Assembly: GCA_964473825.1 (NCBI GenBank)
Contig: CAYYQL010000005.1
Span: 32,001 to 96,000 of the forward strand
Length of the DNA: 64,000 nucleotides
Origin: an uncultured archaeon
GTDB lineage: Archaea > Asgardarchaeota > Thorarchaeia > Thorarchaeales > Thorarchaeaceae
Direction: 5' to 3'
Part shown: piece by piece, positions 27,592 to 37,678 of the stretch
Layout: each line of letters opens with the position of its first letter
How positions within the stretch are numbered: position 1 is the first letter of the stretch
The notes under the pieces: model-generated
The model's input: the letters and a program-made list of their open reading frames with translations, nothing else
Told to the model about the DNA's origin: nothing
Databases searched by the model: none
Made by a program: the position numbers and the translations under genes

Positions 27592-28743
27592 TCACTGTAC
27601 AAATGGTTCATCGAACTCGAGAATCGTCTTGGCAACCTCGGGACGCATCATGTCTGAGGGAGGGGTCTCACCGTTCTGGAGCATCTCACGAATCTTGCGA
27701 CCAGCGAAGATGATCTGGTCCTCAGGACCGTGGGGGCATACCTTGTCGTTCGCGATGCTGTTGCACTTGTTGCAGTAGAAGAACGACTTGAAGGTGATTG
27801 GCATGATGGAGAGATCGGGATACTCCTCGAAGATGTAGTGGGCATCAAATGGCCCGTAGTAGTCGCCGACGCCTGCATGATCTCTTCCCACAATGAAGTG
27901 CGTGCAGCCGAAGTTCTTACGCATGATTGCATGATGGATGGCCTCCTTGGGGCCTCCGTACCTCATCTCCGTGTGGAGCACTGCCATGACTGCGTACTTG
28001 CGCAGGTAGTAGTTCCGCATCAGTGCGTTGTAAGATGTGAGAATGACCTCGTCCTTGAAATCGCCCGGCTTCTTCTTCCCGATGAGGGGGTTGATGAAGA
28101 TGCCATCCACGATGGAGAGAGCCGTCTTCTGAACGTACTCATGACCGAGGTGCGGAGCGTTTCGCGTCTGGAAGGCAACGATGCTTCGCCATCCCTTTTC
28201 CGCAAACAAGATACGGGTCTCCTTCGGATGGAGGGTGTAGTCAGAATAGGGGTTGCCGATGTCGTCAAAGAGGCGGATTCGACCGCCCAGCAGCAAGTCG
28301 TTCATGCCGTTGACCTTCGCGACCCCAGGGTGGGCTGCGTCCTTTGTGCCAAAGACCGACTCCGAGAATCGGGCCTTGTCGTAGTCGTAGATTTCCTCCA
28401 CCTCGAGGGTTGCCACGGGTCGCCCATCATACACGAGACCCAGCATGTCTCCGTGCGTGATTCCCTCGATCTCCTTCTTGCTCACATCGAGAACAATGGG
28501 AATGGTCCAAGGAGTGTCATCAAGAAGACGGCCATGGTCGAGAACGGACTCAAGCTCATTCTCCACCAAGAAGCCCTTCAGCGGACTGAAGACCCCGTAG
28601 GCGATATTGTCTATCTCCTGTGCAATCTCCTTTGATATCTCAAGAACGGGGTACTCGCCCTGCTCGAAGTTCTCCCTGATTCTCTGGGCCTCTTTGTCGC
28701 TCACGCGCCTATCTATGAGCACTCCGCCATGTGGTTGTATCAT
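27592..28743 (-). CDS. sat: Sulfate adenylyltransferase
   Basis: PHGG, FSPLKGF, AFQTRNAPHLGHE, MRYGGPKEA, HFIVGRDHAG, MRPEV. Confidence 0.97.
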   Translation of the reverse strand: MIQPHGGVLIDRRVSDKEAQRIRENFEQGEYPVLEISKEIAQEIDNIAYGVFSPLKGFLVENELESVLDHGRLLDDTPWTIPIVLDVSKKEIEGITHGDMLGLVYDGRPVATLEVEEIYDYDKARFSESVFGTKDAAHPGVAKVNGMNDLLLGGRIRLFDDIGNPYSDYTLHPKETRILFAEKGWRSIVAFQTRNAPHLGHEYVQKTALSIVDGIFINPLIGKKKPGDFKDEVILTSYNALMRNYYLRKYAVMAVLHTEMRYGGPKEAIHHAIMRKNFGCTHFIVGRDHAGVGDYYGPFDAHYIFEEYPDLSIMPITFKSFFYCNKCNSIANDKVCPHGPEDQIIFAGRKIREMLQNGETPPSDMMRPEVAKTILEFDEPFVQ

Positions 28744-28787
28744 GATATCTCATTCCAAGACTGTTGCTCTGTTCGATTCATGTCGTC

Positions 28788-28809
28788 GCTTAATGTAATA
28801 TAATTAAGC
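28788..28809. promoter_or_regulatory. Inverted repeat GCTTAAT-N8-ATTAAGC over the AT-rich TATA-like element upstream of sat
   Basis: Perfect 7-bp arms ~45-65 nt upstream of the sat start; the minus strand reads AAAAGGCTTAATTATATTA (BRE/TATA-like). Confidence 0.5.
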
Positions 28810-28865
28810 CTTTTGGGTACACGATAGCACGAACTGAAGCGTCTCCCGAAGAGCCGCCAGACGAA

Positions 28866-29129
28866 ATGGCGAATCATCGGAATCAAGGGGTCGAACAGAC
28901 CCAAAGACCATGCCCGGTATTCGCAATTCTTGCACCCCATGATGTCTTATCTGATTCTCTTGGTGAGAAGCTTGTTCAAATGGCGAGGTTCAGGAACTAC
29001 AATGTGCATCTCTATGGGGGTTTCGACAGTGCGATGCTTCACAACACTACAGAGTACATTCTCAAAGACATCGACAAGTATCTCAGCGCAGTTCACAAGT
29101 TCATCAGATCCGATAGTAGAACTCAATGA
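28866..29129 (+). pseudogene. HepT/DUF86-like HEPN ribonuclease remnant
   Basis: VFAILAPHDVLSDSLGEKLVQMARFRNYNVHLY (R-x4-H). An upstream RPKDHA lies in another frame; the N-terminus and the MNT partner are absent. Confidence 0.7.
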
Positions 29130-29204
29130 ACGCCTTGCATAACAGGTATTCCTATGGCCTCTTCACTGACGACCGTCTACGAGAAAACCCAAGCGTAGAT
29201 ACGG

Positions 29205-31616
29205 TCAGTCGAAGAATTCCTCGTAGTCTTCGTATTTGCGCATCTTACGCCCTCGATGAACCATATAGCCCGCACCTATCAACGCAATTCCAATGATGGC
29301 TACGGAGAGAACCATCGGGTCTACGCTACCGAGGATGTCTGAACCTGCAACTCCGTACGAGTCTTCGGAGGTCACGGCCCAGTCCTCGTAGATGTCGCAT
29401 ATGAATGCCTTATACCGCACCACAGTACCCGGGGCTTGAGGAGGAATCTCTGCCACCCAGTAGTCAGCGGTTCGGTTTGCTGTGGAGTTTGTCCAAGAAT
29501 CACCATCATCGGGGGAATATGCAATCACAACTTTCCAGACAAGATTGGGGTGGTTCATACCAACACTCACTACGACCGAGTCTGTTGGCTCAGGGGACTC
29601 GGGAGAGGTGGTCATGGAAACGACCGACAACTCGATGTGATCTGGCCTGGATAATACGTCGAAGAACGACAACAGCACCAGAGGATAGTGGTCCACATTG
29701 CCACTGTTGATCTCATAGGGTGTGTCTCCAATCCCGTCACCGTCCGAATCCACGCCCTCATACTGCGCCCAGTAGTTCCCATGAGTTGAGTTGTCCCATT
29801 GAATATCGGAGCTCAGGAATACCCTCGCTCCAGAATCATCTCCTGTCAAGAATGCATTGAGAGAAATCAGACAATCAGATGATGACTCAAGGGAGATGTC
29901 GTAGGTCTGAGAGCGGTTGACTGCATTTCCACGTACAACAATCTCTCTGCAGCTCTCAAGGTCGATACCGCGCACTGAGACATCATCGATTATGTTCTCC
30001 AGTAATTCTATGTACTCTGTGCTCATGACAGTAATGCCATGGTTTGCTGTTGTTGAGATGTTATTTTTCACGATTTGTGACCCGTCGGACATGTCCAAGG
30101 CGATACCGCTTGCAGCAACATCGGAGATGCGATTTCCATGCACTGTCGTATTGGGGGCTTTGAGAACAAGTATTCCATTGTCGCCGATATGTTGCGCCTG
30201 GTTGTCCATGAATATACAGTCGGAGCTGTTGAAGACACTCAGCCCCTGCCACCCGGCCACATTGAAGAGGTTCTCTCTCACGAGAGCGTGGTCTGAGAAA
30301 TCGTGGATGAGAATACCATCTTCGACCACACCGTTCAACTCGTTATACTCGAAGATGCAGTCCTTCGACTCTTGGGCACGTAACCCAGTCCAGAAAGTGT
30401 CCTCCAAGATGTTACCACTGACGTGGGCACCGTGTGAGTTCTTCTGAATAACGATACCTCCGGTTCTGATCAGAGTGTTGTCTGCTACATACACCCCAGT
30501 AGTTGCCCATACCTCTACCCCATACTCCCTTGTGTCTTCCACGAAGTTTCCCACGATACTTGTATTGCTTGTATGCGTTGTTCGGATTCCGGGGAATGTG
30601 CTGTTGTAAACTCTGTTGTTCGTGATTGACACGTTAGAGCTCCAATTTTCCACGCCGCACGAGGAGGAGTTGGTGATGGTATTGCCGGTGATTGTGGACG
30701 ACTCAGAGTCCTCTATTCTGATGCCGAGTTCATCTGAGAAACTTATGTGATTGCTTTCGACAGTGTTGTTCGGGGCACCTACAAGGCGAATCCCACACCA
30801 TGTGGTCTCCGAGATTGTGTTATTCCGAATTATTGTGTGCGGGTTCTCCGAACAAATTCCGTTCCATCCCGAGTTTCGTATCGTGTTTCCTTCAACTAAC
30901 TGGTTCGTTGCGCCTATGCAGAGCCGGATTCCATCCCACCCCTGACCATCCAGTTCATTATCACGGATCGTGGTGTAGTTTGAGAACTCAACCCGAATTG
31001 CTCCGAGCGCTGTGTCTTCCACGTGATTCTCAACGATTGTCGAGCTCAACGAGTTGTGTTCGTAGATGCCATAGTGACCCGAGTTCGTGATACTGTTGAG
31101 CTGGATGAGTGTGTTTGTGGATGCCGTGTCGCATATCCCATCGGAGTTATCGTGGATGCTGTTGTCGATCACAGCACAGCCGACACAGGAGGCGAGGAAG
31201 ACTCCTGTCTGGTGCATCTCAACGATGCTGCTCCTGACTGTTCCATGGGTGACATTGCTGAAGGAGATGCCATGATTGCTCGATGATGTGGGCGAGCTGA
31301 TCAGGCAATCCCTAATCTCAAAATGAACATCCGTATCACGGATATAGATACATGTCGCGGTATCTGTGATGTTAAGCCCCTCTATGATGTAGGGCTCGCT
31401 TTCAGTCCCACTCCCAGGCCACCCCTGACTCGCGAAATCATCGTTTCCATTGATGGTGATAGGACCATGGGGCGTGTACGTTTCGGCAACATCTGTCTGA
31501 CCTACGCGGTCACTGGAGATATGTGTTCGAGAATCACCAACAGTAGCCACATACTGAGCAGGAAGTACTACAGAGAACAACATGATTACTAGTAGAATAT
31601 GTTTCCAACCACTCAC
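29205..31616 (-). CDS. NosD/right-handed beta-helix surface protein with C-terminal Ig-like domain and TM anchor
   Basis: Signal-like segment; YTPHGPITINGNDDFASQGWPGSGT cap; PbH1 repeats; GNYW...DSDGDGIGDTPY; C-terminal TM. Start estimated (track start is 31820). Confidence 0.85.
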   Translation of the reverse strand: MSGWKHILLVIMLFSVVLPAQYVATVGDSRTHISSDRVGQTDVAETYTPHGPITINGNDDFASQGWPGSGTESEPYIIEGLNITDTATCIYIRDTDVHFEIRDCLISSPTSSSNHGISFSNVTHGTVRSSIVEMHQTGVFLASCVGCAVIDNSIHDNSDGICDTASTNTLIQLNSITNSGHYGIYEHNSLSSTIVENHVEDTALGAIRVEFSNYTTIRDNELDGQGWDGIRLCIGATNQLVEGNTIRNSGWNGICSENPHTIIRNNTISETTWCGIRLVGAPNNTVESNHISFSDELGIRIEDSESSTITGNTITNSSSCGVENWSSNVSITNNRVYNSTFPGIRTTHTSNTSIVGNFVEDTREYGVEVWATTGVYVADNTLIRTGGIVIQKNSHGAHVSGNILEDTFWTGLRAQESKDCIFEYNELNGVVEDGILIHDFSDHALVRENLFNVAGWQGLSVFNSSDCIFMDNQAQHIGDNGILVLKAPNTTVHGNRISDVAASGIALDMSDGSQIVKNNISTTANHGITVMSTEYIELLENIIDDVSVRGIDLESCREIVVRGNAVNRSQTYDISLESSSDCLISLNAFLTGDDSGARVFLSSDIQWDNSTHGNYWAQYEGVDSDGDGIGDTPYEINSGNVDHYPLVLLSFFDVLSRPDHIELSVVSMTTSPESPEPTDSVVVSVGMNHPNLVWKVVIAYSPDDGDSWTNSTANRTADYWVAEIPPQAPGTVVRYKAFICDIYEDWAVTSEDSYGVAGSDILGSVDPMVLSVAIIGIALIGAGYMVHRGRKMRKYEDYEEFFD

Positions 31617-31894
31617 TCTAACCACACAGCAGGTAAGTTGGCAATAGGACAAATATATTTTTCTCCATCCTATCAATGAAATTCTCCATTGTTTAGAGAA
31701 CAAGTAGGGCCTTAGAATAAGGCAAACTGGCCTAGTCTGTGACGAAACTTCATCTTTTGGTGAGAACCTGTTCGCACGCTGAACGAATCCGTTTGTCTTG
31801 GCCCCAATCGGAGGGAACATCGCTCTGCTGTTGATGACTACTAGGTTCGATTAAAGAGGAGAAAGTATATCACGGCCTACCATGAGCCCATCGT

Positions 31895-32824
31895 ATGAAC
31901 CTCCCGTTCAGCTGGCGCCACATATTCAGTTGGATGTACGTTGATAGAGCCAAGAGCTCAGACGTAATCGTCGTGGCGGGAACAGGAAGGAGCGGAACGA
32001 CCTGGCTTGCACAGGTTATGAGCAGGCTCCTCAACCATCGCCTTATGTTTGAACCTCTTGATCCCCGGCGGGTCGGTCTCGTGAAGAACATGAAGTACAA
32101 GCGATATCTCCGACCAGATGCATCCACACCATTCCACAGGAGGGTCTTCAGGAAGATACTCGAAGGGAGAGTGCATGAACACTGGGTGAACGCCGCGAAC
32201 ACCGTCTTCTGGGCAAGGGGCCGGATTGTGAAGACCATCAGAGGGAACCTGCTCCTCAAGTGGTTCAGAGAGAGGTTTCGAAGAGTGCCCATCGTGTTCA
32301 TCACACGGCATCCCTGCGCGGTCGTGAACTCTCGACTTAGAGTCGGCTGGAAGGGTGGTCTGGATGGGTTCATGTCGCAACAGGCGCTGGTGGAGGACCA
32401 TCTGAAGGAGTATGTGGACATCATATCGAATGCGTCCAGTGACCTTGAGAAGACGGCCTGTCTGTGGTGCATCGAGAACCTGGTCCCCCTGAGAACCATG
32501 GAGCCCGATGATTGGGTCTTTACAACCTATGAGTGGCTCTATTCTGAGGGGTGGCGGGAACTGCATAGGATTCTGAGAGAGGCAGGGGTGGAGGAGGAGG
32601 GAGAGGGCTTCGACATGCATGACACGATTGCGCCGACGACCAGAGAGGACAGTGCGGTGCTGACGGGGCGGAATCCCCTCACCGAGTGGAAACACCAACT
32701 GTCGGAAGACGAGATTGCAAGGGTGCTCGAGATCGTTGATGCGTTCGGTCTGTCCAGTCTGTATGGGCCGGATGTAATGCCGCGGATTGGTCGTTCGACG
32801 ACCACCTCAGAGATACTGGATTGA
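31895..32824 (+). CDS. PAPS-dependent sulfotransferase
   Basis: 5'-PSB GTGRSGTTW, FEP, 3'-PB RHPCAVVNS, YE, WKHQLS. Confidence 0.9.
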   Translation: MNLPFSWRHIFSWMYVDRAKSSDVIVVAGTGRSGTTWLAQVMSRLLNHRLMFEPLDPRRVGLVKNMKYKRYLRPDASTPFHRRVFRKILEGRVHEHWVNAANTVFWARGRIVKTIRGNLLLKWFRERFRRVPIVFITRHPCAVVNSRLRVGWKGGLDGFMSQQALVEDHLKEYVDIISNASSDLEKTACLWCIENLVPLRTMEPDDWVFTTYEWLYSEGWRELHRILREAGVEEEGEGFDMHDTIAPTTREDSAVLTGRNPLTEWKHQLSEDEIARVLEIVDAFGLSSLYGPDVMPRIGRSTTTSEILD

Positions 32825-32825
32825 G

Positions 32826-33070
32826 GGAGATGCCCGAGCTGTTATAGACCTCGAAGAAGCGATTCTTTGATGCATGATCCGCAAAGGTCAGAAACCATGG
32901 GACGCGATTCCACTCTTCGTCGTAAGAAACCGTGTCACCTGCGAGGTCCCTACACACGCCACCAGCCTCCTCCACGATGACCTGAGGGATACCAAAGTCG
33001 TGCGGACTGGTCGTTTGCTACAGGAAGACCTGAGCGTCCTCCCTCGCGATGACGACCATCCCGTGATGTG
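32826..33070 (-). pseudogene. 3' remnant of a CysQ/inositol-monophosphatase-family gene
   Basis: HDFGIPQVIVEEAGGVCRDLAGDTVSYDEEWNRVPWF aligns with 41422-41672. Confidence 0.85.
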
Positions 33071-33104
33071 ACGTCATAGTATCTAGGGATTACAGGCCGA
33101 TGAA

Positions 33105-33303
33105 TGGAGCTGCACAGAATCTCGTGCGAGCTCGGAGCGGAAGAGCTAGGAACCAGTCTCGACATCCATTGTGTCACTACCACAACAACCTAGACAAACG
33201 CTGCAGTTGTGTAGTGACGGAATCCCCTCGAGGACTAAAGACCCGCTGCCATCAGAGTAGATTACTAACAGACTTGATATTGTTGATGAGTTTTGGTCTG
33301 TAG
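33105..33303 (+). pseudogene. Third, highly degenerate sulfotransferase fragment
   Basis: ELHRISCELGAEELGTSLDIH versus ELHRILREAGVEEEGEGFDMH; also shares cggaatcccctc and gatattgttgatgag. Confidence 0.65.
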
Positions 33304-33466
33304 AATAAAGATAACCCCGAGGAAATAGGAACCGACACCCCCACTCTGAAACTCTTGTGTGGCGGATAAGACTTATGAGGATTACAAAGATTCAACCATC
33401 TAATCAGCCAGCTATAAGTCTGGCCCTCTCGATGCCCCAGGAGCCCATGATGAGGAGAAACCAATA

Positions 33467-34501
33467 ATGGACGAGATTGTAGCAATATTACCCGTCGCCG
33501 GCAATGCAACACGTCTAAGGCCAATCACCGATCATAAACCTAAGGCGCTGGTTGAGGTCGCGGGAAAACCGGTTATAGAACATATCCTGCTCAACTTGGC
33601 ACATAGCCAGATTAGAAAGCTAGTTCTTGTCGTCGGCCACCTTAAAGAGGTCCTTATTGATTGGATCGAGGCCAATTTTGGCAATCAGTTCAACCTGAAG
33701 TTCGTTGAACAGAAAGAGATGCTCGGACTGGGACACGCAATTCATGCAGCAAAGGCGTATCTTAAGGGGGAGGTGCTGATAATGCTAGGAGATGAAATCT
33801 TCTCACGGTCATACTCAGAGATGATCAGGGAATCCAGGAGTAGCGACCAGCTAGACGCCGCTGTGGGAACCATGGTAGTTGACAACCCCTCGCACTATGG
33901 CATGCTGGCCCTCGACGATCGAGGATATGTCACAAGGATGGTTGAGAAGCCAAGTAGTTTCGATGGAAATCTCGCATTAGCGGGGGTCTATTACTTCAAA
34001 AGGGGGGAAGACCTTGCAGATGCTCTGGAGTCGTTAGTAAGCAGAGACCTGAATGGTGGAGAGTATCAGCTCACCGATGCTCTCGATGTGATGGCGACGA
34101 AAGGCACCCGATTCAAGACCTTCTCCGTGGGAGAAGGATATGACTGCGGTAGACCTGAATCCCTACTACTTAGTAATATTCGCATGCTTGCTGGAAATCA
34201 TAATGTGGACAGAGAAACTAGAATAGTCGCTTCAGAAATCATTCCACCATGCATCGTTGCCAAGAACGCAGAAATATCGAACTCGACAGTCGGTCCATTC
34301 GTGTCGATTGGAAATGGTGCTAGAGTACATTCATCAGTTCTGTCGAATGTAATAGTGGAGTCTGAAACACCAGTGGAAGATGAAAGAGTAAGTCATAGCA
34401 TCATCTCTAATTCGCTAACAGTCAGCCTAGATGATGAAAACATCTCTAAGATAGACTCGCTCAGCCAGAAACTCTTGGAAGAGCATAGTACCTCAGCCTA
34501 G
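33467..34501 (+). CDS. Sugar-phosphate nucleotidyltransferase (long glucose-1-P thymidylyltransferase type)
   Basis: LPVAGNATRLRPIT..KPKAL, GLGHAI, LGD, VEKP, GEYQLTDAL, C-terminal LbH region. Confidence 0.9.
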   Translation: MDEIVAILPVAGNATRLRPITDHKPKALVEVAGKPVIEHILLNLAHSQIRKLVLVVGHLKEVLIDWIEANFGNQFNLKFVEQKEMLGLGHAIHAAKAYLKGEVLIMLGDEIFSRSYSEMIRESRSSDQLDAAVGTMVVDNPSHYGMLALDDRGYVTRMVEKPSSFDGNLALAGVYYFKRGEDLADALESLVSRDLNGGEYQLTDALDVMATKGTRFKTFSVGEGYDCGRPESLLLSNIRMLAGNHNVDRETRIVASEIIPPCIVAKNAEISNSTVGPFVSIGNGARVHSSVLSNVIVESETPVEDERVSHSIISNSLTVSLDDENISKIDSLSQKLLEEHSTSA

Positions 34502-34886
34502 TCTCAGAGCCATGGTTCGGGGCAATGAGAACGGGCCCTTCCAGCGTCAAGAGTCTTTCACTTTGGGCGCACGATTAGCGAACAGTTTCAGGAATAAAGG
34601 CCGGAATGAACTTGAAATAGGTCCAAGCGTCTGTGGTTTGTTTGCATTGCAATGACGCATTTCCAGTCTCAAGATGTATACGCACAGCGTCGCGGCTCTT
34701 GGCGACGTACTTGTTGTGTTTCCCGTATCAATCCATCTCTGCCGAGAGTACAGCACGCGGCTCCCCGCCCCATCTCTAGTTGTCAGGACAAGAGAGATTA
34801 CGTGCTCAGGAATCTTCCAATAGTCACCTTTTTAATCTCGGCTCAGTCTGCAGGACAAGATTCCCTACAGAAGGGATTGAAATTAG

Positions 34887-35891
34887 ATGGCTGTAGGCAT
34901 TTCACTCGTCGGAGCTGGTCATTGGGGAGAGAACCATCTGAAGGTTCTAAGGAAATTGAAAGACTCCGGCCTCATAGACCCCCTTGTTGTCTGCGATGCT
35001 GACACCGAGGTTGGCAAACAACTTGATGAGGATGGTGAAATCCAGTTCACGACAGATATCAATGACATCCTCTCAGACGACGAGATTGTTGCTGTTGATA
35101 TCGCCACACCAACCATGACTCATTTCGATCTTGGCAAACAAGTCTTGGAATCGGGAAAGGATGTGCTCATTGAGAAACCGCTGGCATATACGACTGAGGA
35201 ATGCGATGAGCTGATATTGCTTGCAGAGAAAAATGAAAAGATACTCATGACCGGCCACATATTCCGGTACCATCCTGCTATTCAGATGTTAGTAGGGCAA
35301 ATAGCAAACGGGAGATTTGGTGACATTCGGAGCATCGATATATCAAGACTCGCTCTGCGGGCACCTAGGACTGATATGGGTGTGCTCCACGCTCTGGCGA
35401 TTCATGACATAGACTTAGCGTGTTATCTATACGGGAGGTCCTCACCGGTTTCTGTCTTCACCATGGCGCAGTCCTTCTATACGAATAACCCAGACGAGAT
35501 GGCAGTCCTACTCATGGACTTTGGAGAAGGACGGATGGCTAAGATTGAGTCTAGTTGGCTCAACCCAGTGGCTCATAAAACCCGAACCCTTGAACTGATA
35601 GGATCTGAGGGGAGTGCATTCATCGACTTTCTAGATCCTCAAGTTCTCAGGGTGTTCGATAGAGGGATAGTACGAAAGGACTCTGATGGAGAGATTGCAG
35701 TGACAGACGGCGATATCGCAGTAATGACTACAGATGCAGATATGCCTCTGGATATCGAGCTGAAACACTTTATTGATTGTGTCATCGAAAGAAAGACACC
35801 GCGGACAGATGGGTATGTTGGGCGTAACGCCGTCCGCATGATAGAGTGTGCCTTCAGGTCCTTGGAAGAGGGCGTTCCAGTCAGATTCTAA
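34887..35891 (+). CDS. Gfo/Idh/MocA oxidoreductase (WbpB/WlbA-like)
   Basis: GAGHWG, ATPTMTH, IEKP, GHIFRYHP, DMGV...LAIHDID. Confidence 0.88.
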   Translation: MAVGISLVGAGHWGENHLKVLRKLKDSGLIDPLVVCDADTEVGKQLDEDGEIQFTTDINDILSDDEIVAVDIATPTMTHFDLGKQVLESGKDVLIEKPLAYTTEECDELILLAEKNEKILMTGHIFRYHPAIQMLVGQIANGRFGDIRSIDISRLALRAPRTDMGVLHALAIHDIDLACYLYGRSSPVSVFTMAQSFYTNNPDEMAVLLMDFGEGRMAKIESSWLNPVAHKTRTLELIGSEGSAFIDFLDPQVLRVFDRGIVRKDSDGEIAVTDGDIAVMTTDADMPLDIELKHFIDCVIERKTPRTDGYVGRNAVRMIECAFRSLEEGVPVRF

Positions 35892-35903
35892 GGAGAAAGA
35901 GGA

Positions 35904-36572
35904 ATGAAAGAATTCAGTGATTGTACCCTCCATAGCACGGCAATCATCTACGATAATGTAGAACTGGGTGCGGGTGCTGTTGTCGGACCGTACGTTATCA
36001 TTGGAGAACCTCCAAAGGGTGCCGACCGCGGAGATCTGAAGACAACAATAGGTGTCGACTCCGTCATCAGATCGCATTCAGTGATATATGCGGGGAATGC
36101 GATTGGTGATAACTTCCAGACCGGACACAAGGCCAATATCAGGGAGCTCAACAAGATAGGCGACAATGTTTCCATCGGTACTCACTCCATAGTAGAACAC
36201 CATGTTGATATCGGAAATCACGTCCGCATTCATTCAAATGCATTCATTCCTGAGTTCTCAGTCCTTGAGGAGGGAGCCTGGATTGGACCAAACGTCGTGT
36301 TCACAAATGCTCGACATCCACTCTGTCCTGATGCAAAAAAGTGCCTAGAGGGGCCCACAATCAAGAGAAGGGCAAAAATCGGTGCCAACGCAACCCTCGC
36401 ACCGGGCGTGGTGATAGGTGAGATGGCTCTGGTCGGAGCTGGAGCGGTAGTTGTACATGATGTTGCGCCTCGCGCAGTTGTTGTTGGAAACCCCGCAGAA
36501 ACAATCAAGACAATCGATGACCTTGAATGCGACTATGATATTCGAGAGAAGCCTTATGATGAGTGTGATTGA
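35904..36572 (+). CDS. Hexapeptide-repeat N-acetyltransferase (WbpD/WlbB-like)
   Basis: LbH repeats; IGPNVVFTN; IGANAT; VGAGAVV; VVGNPA. Confidence 0.88.
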   Translation: MKEFSDCTLHSTAIIYDNVELGAGAVVGPYVIIGEPPKGADRGDLKTTIGVDSVIRSHSVIYAGNAIGDNFQTGHKANIRELNKIGDNVSIGTHSIVEHHVDIGNHVRIHSNAFIPEFSVLEEGAWIGPNVVFTNARHPLCPDAKKCLEGPTIKRRAKIGANATLAPGVVIGEMALVGAGAVVVHDVAPRAVVVGNPAETIKTIDDLECDYDIREKPYDECD

Positions 36573-37678
36573 AGATGGACTTGCCAATACCTAGAACGAA
36601 GGTAGGCATTGACAAGGAAGCAAAAGACGTGCTTCTGGAGATTATTGATAGCGGGCGTTTCATCAAAGGACCCCATGCAGAATCCCTGGGCGAGGAATTC
36701 GCAGCATACTGTGGAGCAAATCACGGGGTCTGTACTAGCTCGGGATCCACCGCGCTATATGCTGCGCTGAAGGTCGCAGGGATTGGATTAGGAGATGAAG
36801 TAATCACTGTCCCGAACACATTCATTGCGACGGTCAATGCCGTGATACTCGCTGGAGCAAAACCGGTGTTTGCGGACGTGGATAGGAGTACCTTCACCTT
36901 GAGTATGGATGCTCTTGAGGCAGCAGTTTCTCCGAGAACTAAGGCAATCATCCCCGTGCACCTCTATGGCCTCATGGCGCCCATGCCAGAAATCATGGAC
37001 TTCGCCGAAGACAGGGGGATTACTGTGATTGAGGATGCCTGTCAGGCCCATGGGGCCGATATCAATGGGAGAACATCTGGATCATTCGGACACATGTCTG
37101 CATTCTCATTCTATCCGTCGAAGCTACTCAATACTGCGGGAGATGGAGGAATAGTAATCACGGATGACGAAGATGCAGCAACAAAGATATCTAGATTCGT
37201 CAACCATGGGAGAAAGAGTCAGTATGAGTACTCAGAGTTCGGGTTCAACTTCAGGCTTAGTGAGTTCCAGGCAGCCATCGTCAGGATACATCTTAGGAGT
37301 CTGGACAAAGAGATAGCAGATAGGAGGCGTATTGCAGGGTTCTATGATGAACACCTTGAGGACATAGATGGAATCAAGCCCCCCCACGTGCCAAACGGCT
37401 ACGGTCATGTCTACTACTTGTATACAACCCTTACACAAAACAGAGATGCGCTAATTCAGCATCTGGACGAGAAACAGGTTGGAGCCTCGGTTGAATATCC
37501 GGTGGTGCTACACCAACTGGACTATGTCAAATCACTCAACCCTGCGATTCCTGAGGGAGGTCTTGAGAACTCGGAGAAATGTCTTGAGGAGATATGCGCG
37601 CTTCCTATGTTCCGTAACATCTCAGAAGAAGAGCTGGGGTATGTAATAGATGCAATCGAAGAATTCTACGCAAAGTGA
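36569..37678 (+). CDS. DegT/DnrJ/EryC1/StrS aminotransferase (WbpE/WlbC-like)
   Basis: SSGSTAL, GDEVITVPNTF, PVHLYG, EDACQAHG, FSFYPSK, GDGG. Confidence 0.92.
   Translation: MKMDLPIPRTKVGIDKEAKDVLLEIIDSGRFIKGPHAESLGEEFAAYCGANHGVCTSSGSTALYAALKVAGIGLGDEVITVPNTFIATVNAVILAGAKPVFADVDRSTFTLSMDALEAAVSPRTKAIIPVHLYGLMAPMPEIMDFAEDRGITVIEDACQAHGADINGRTSGSFGHMSAFSFYPSKLLNTAGDGGIVITDDEDAATKISRFVNHGRKSQYEYSEFGFNFRLSEFQAAIVRIHLRSLDKEIADRRRIAGFYDEHLEDIDGIKPPHVPNGYGHVYYLYTTLTQNRDALIQHLDEKQVGASVEYPVVLHQLDYVKSLNPAIPEGGLENSEKCLEEICALPMFRNISEEELGYVIDAIEEFYAK

Noticed and set aside
27730-28635. Long antisense ORFs (also 19810-20520, 24662-25237, 31958-32698, 14963-15565)
   Set aside because: They are shadows of well-supported genes on the opposite strand and carry no recognisable motifs.
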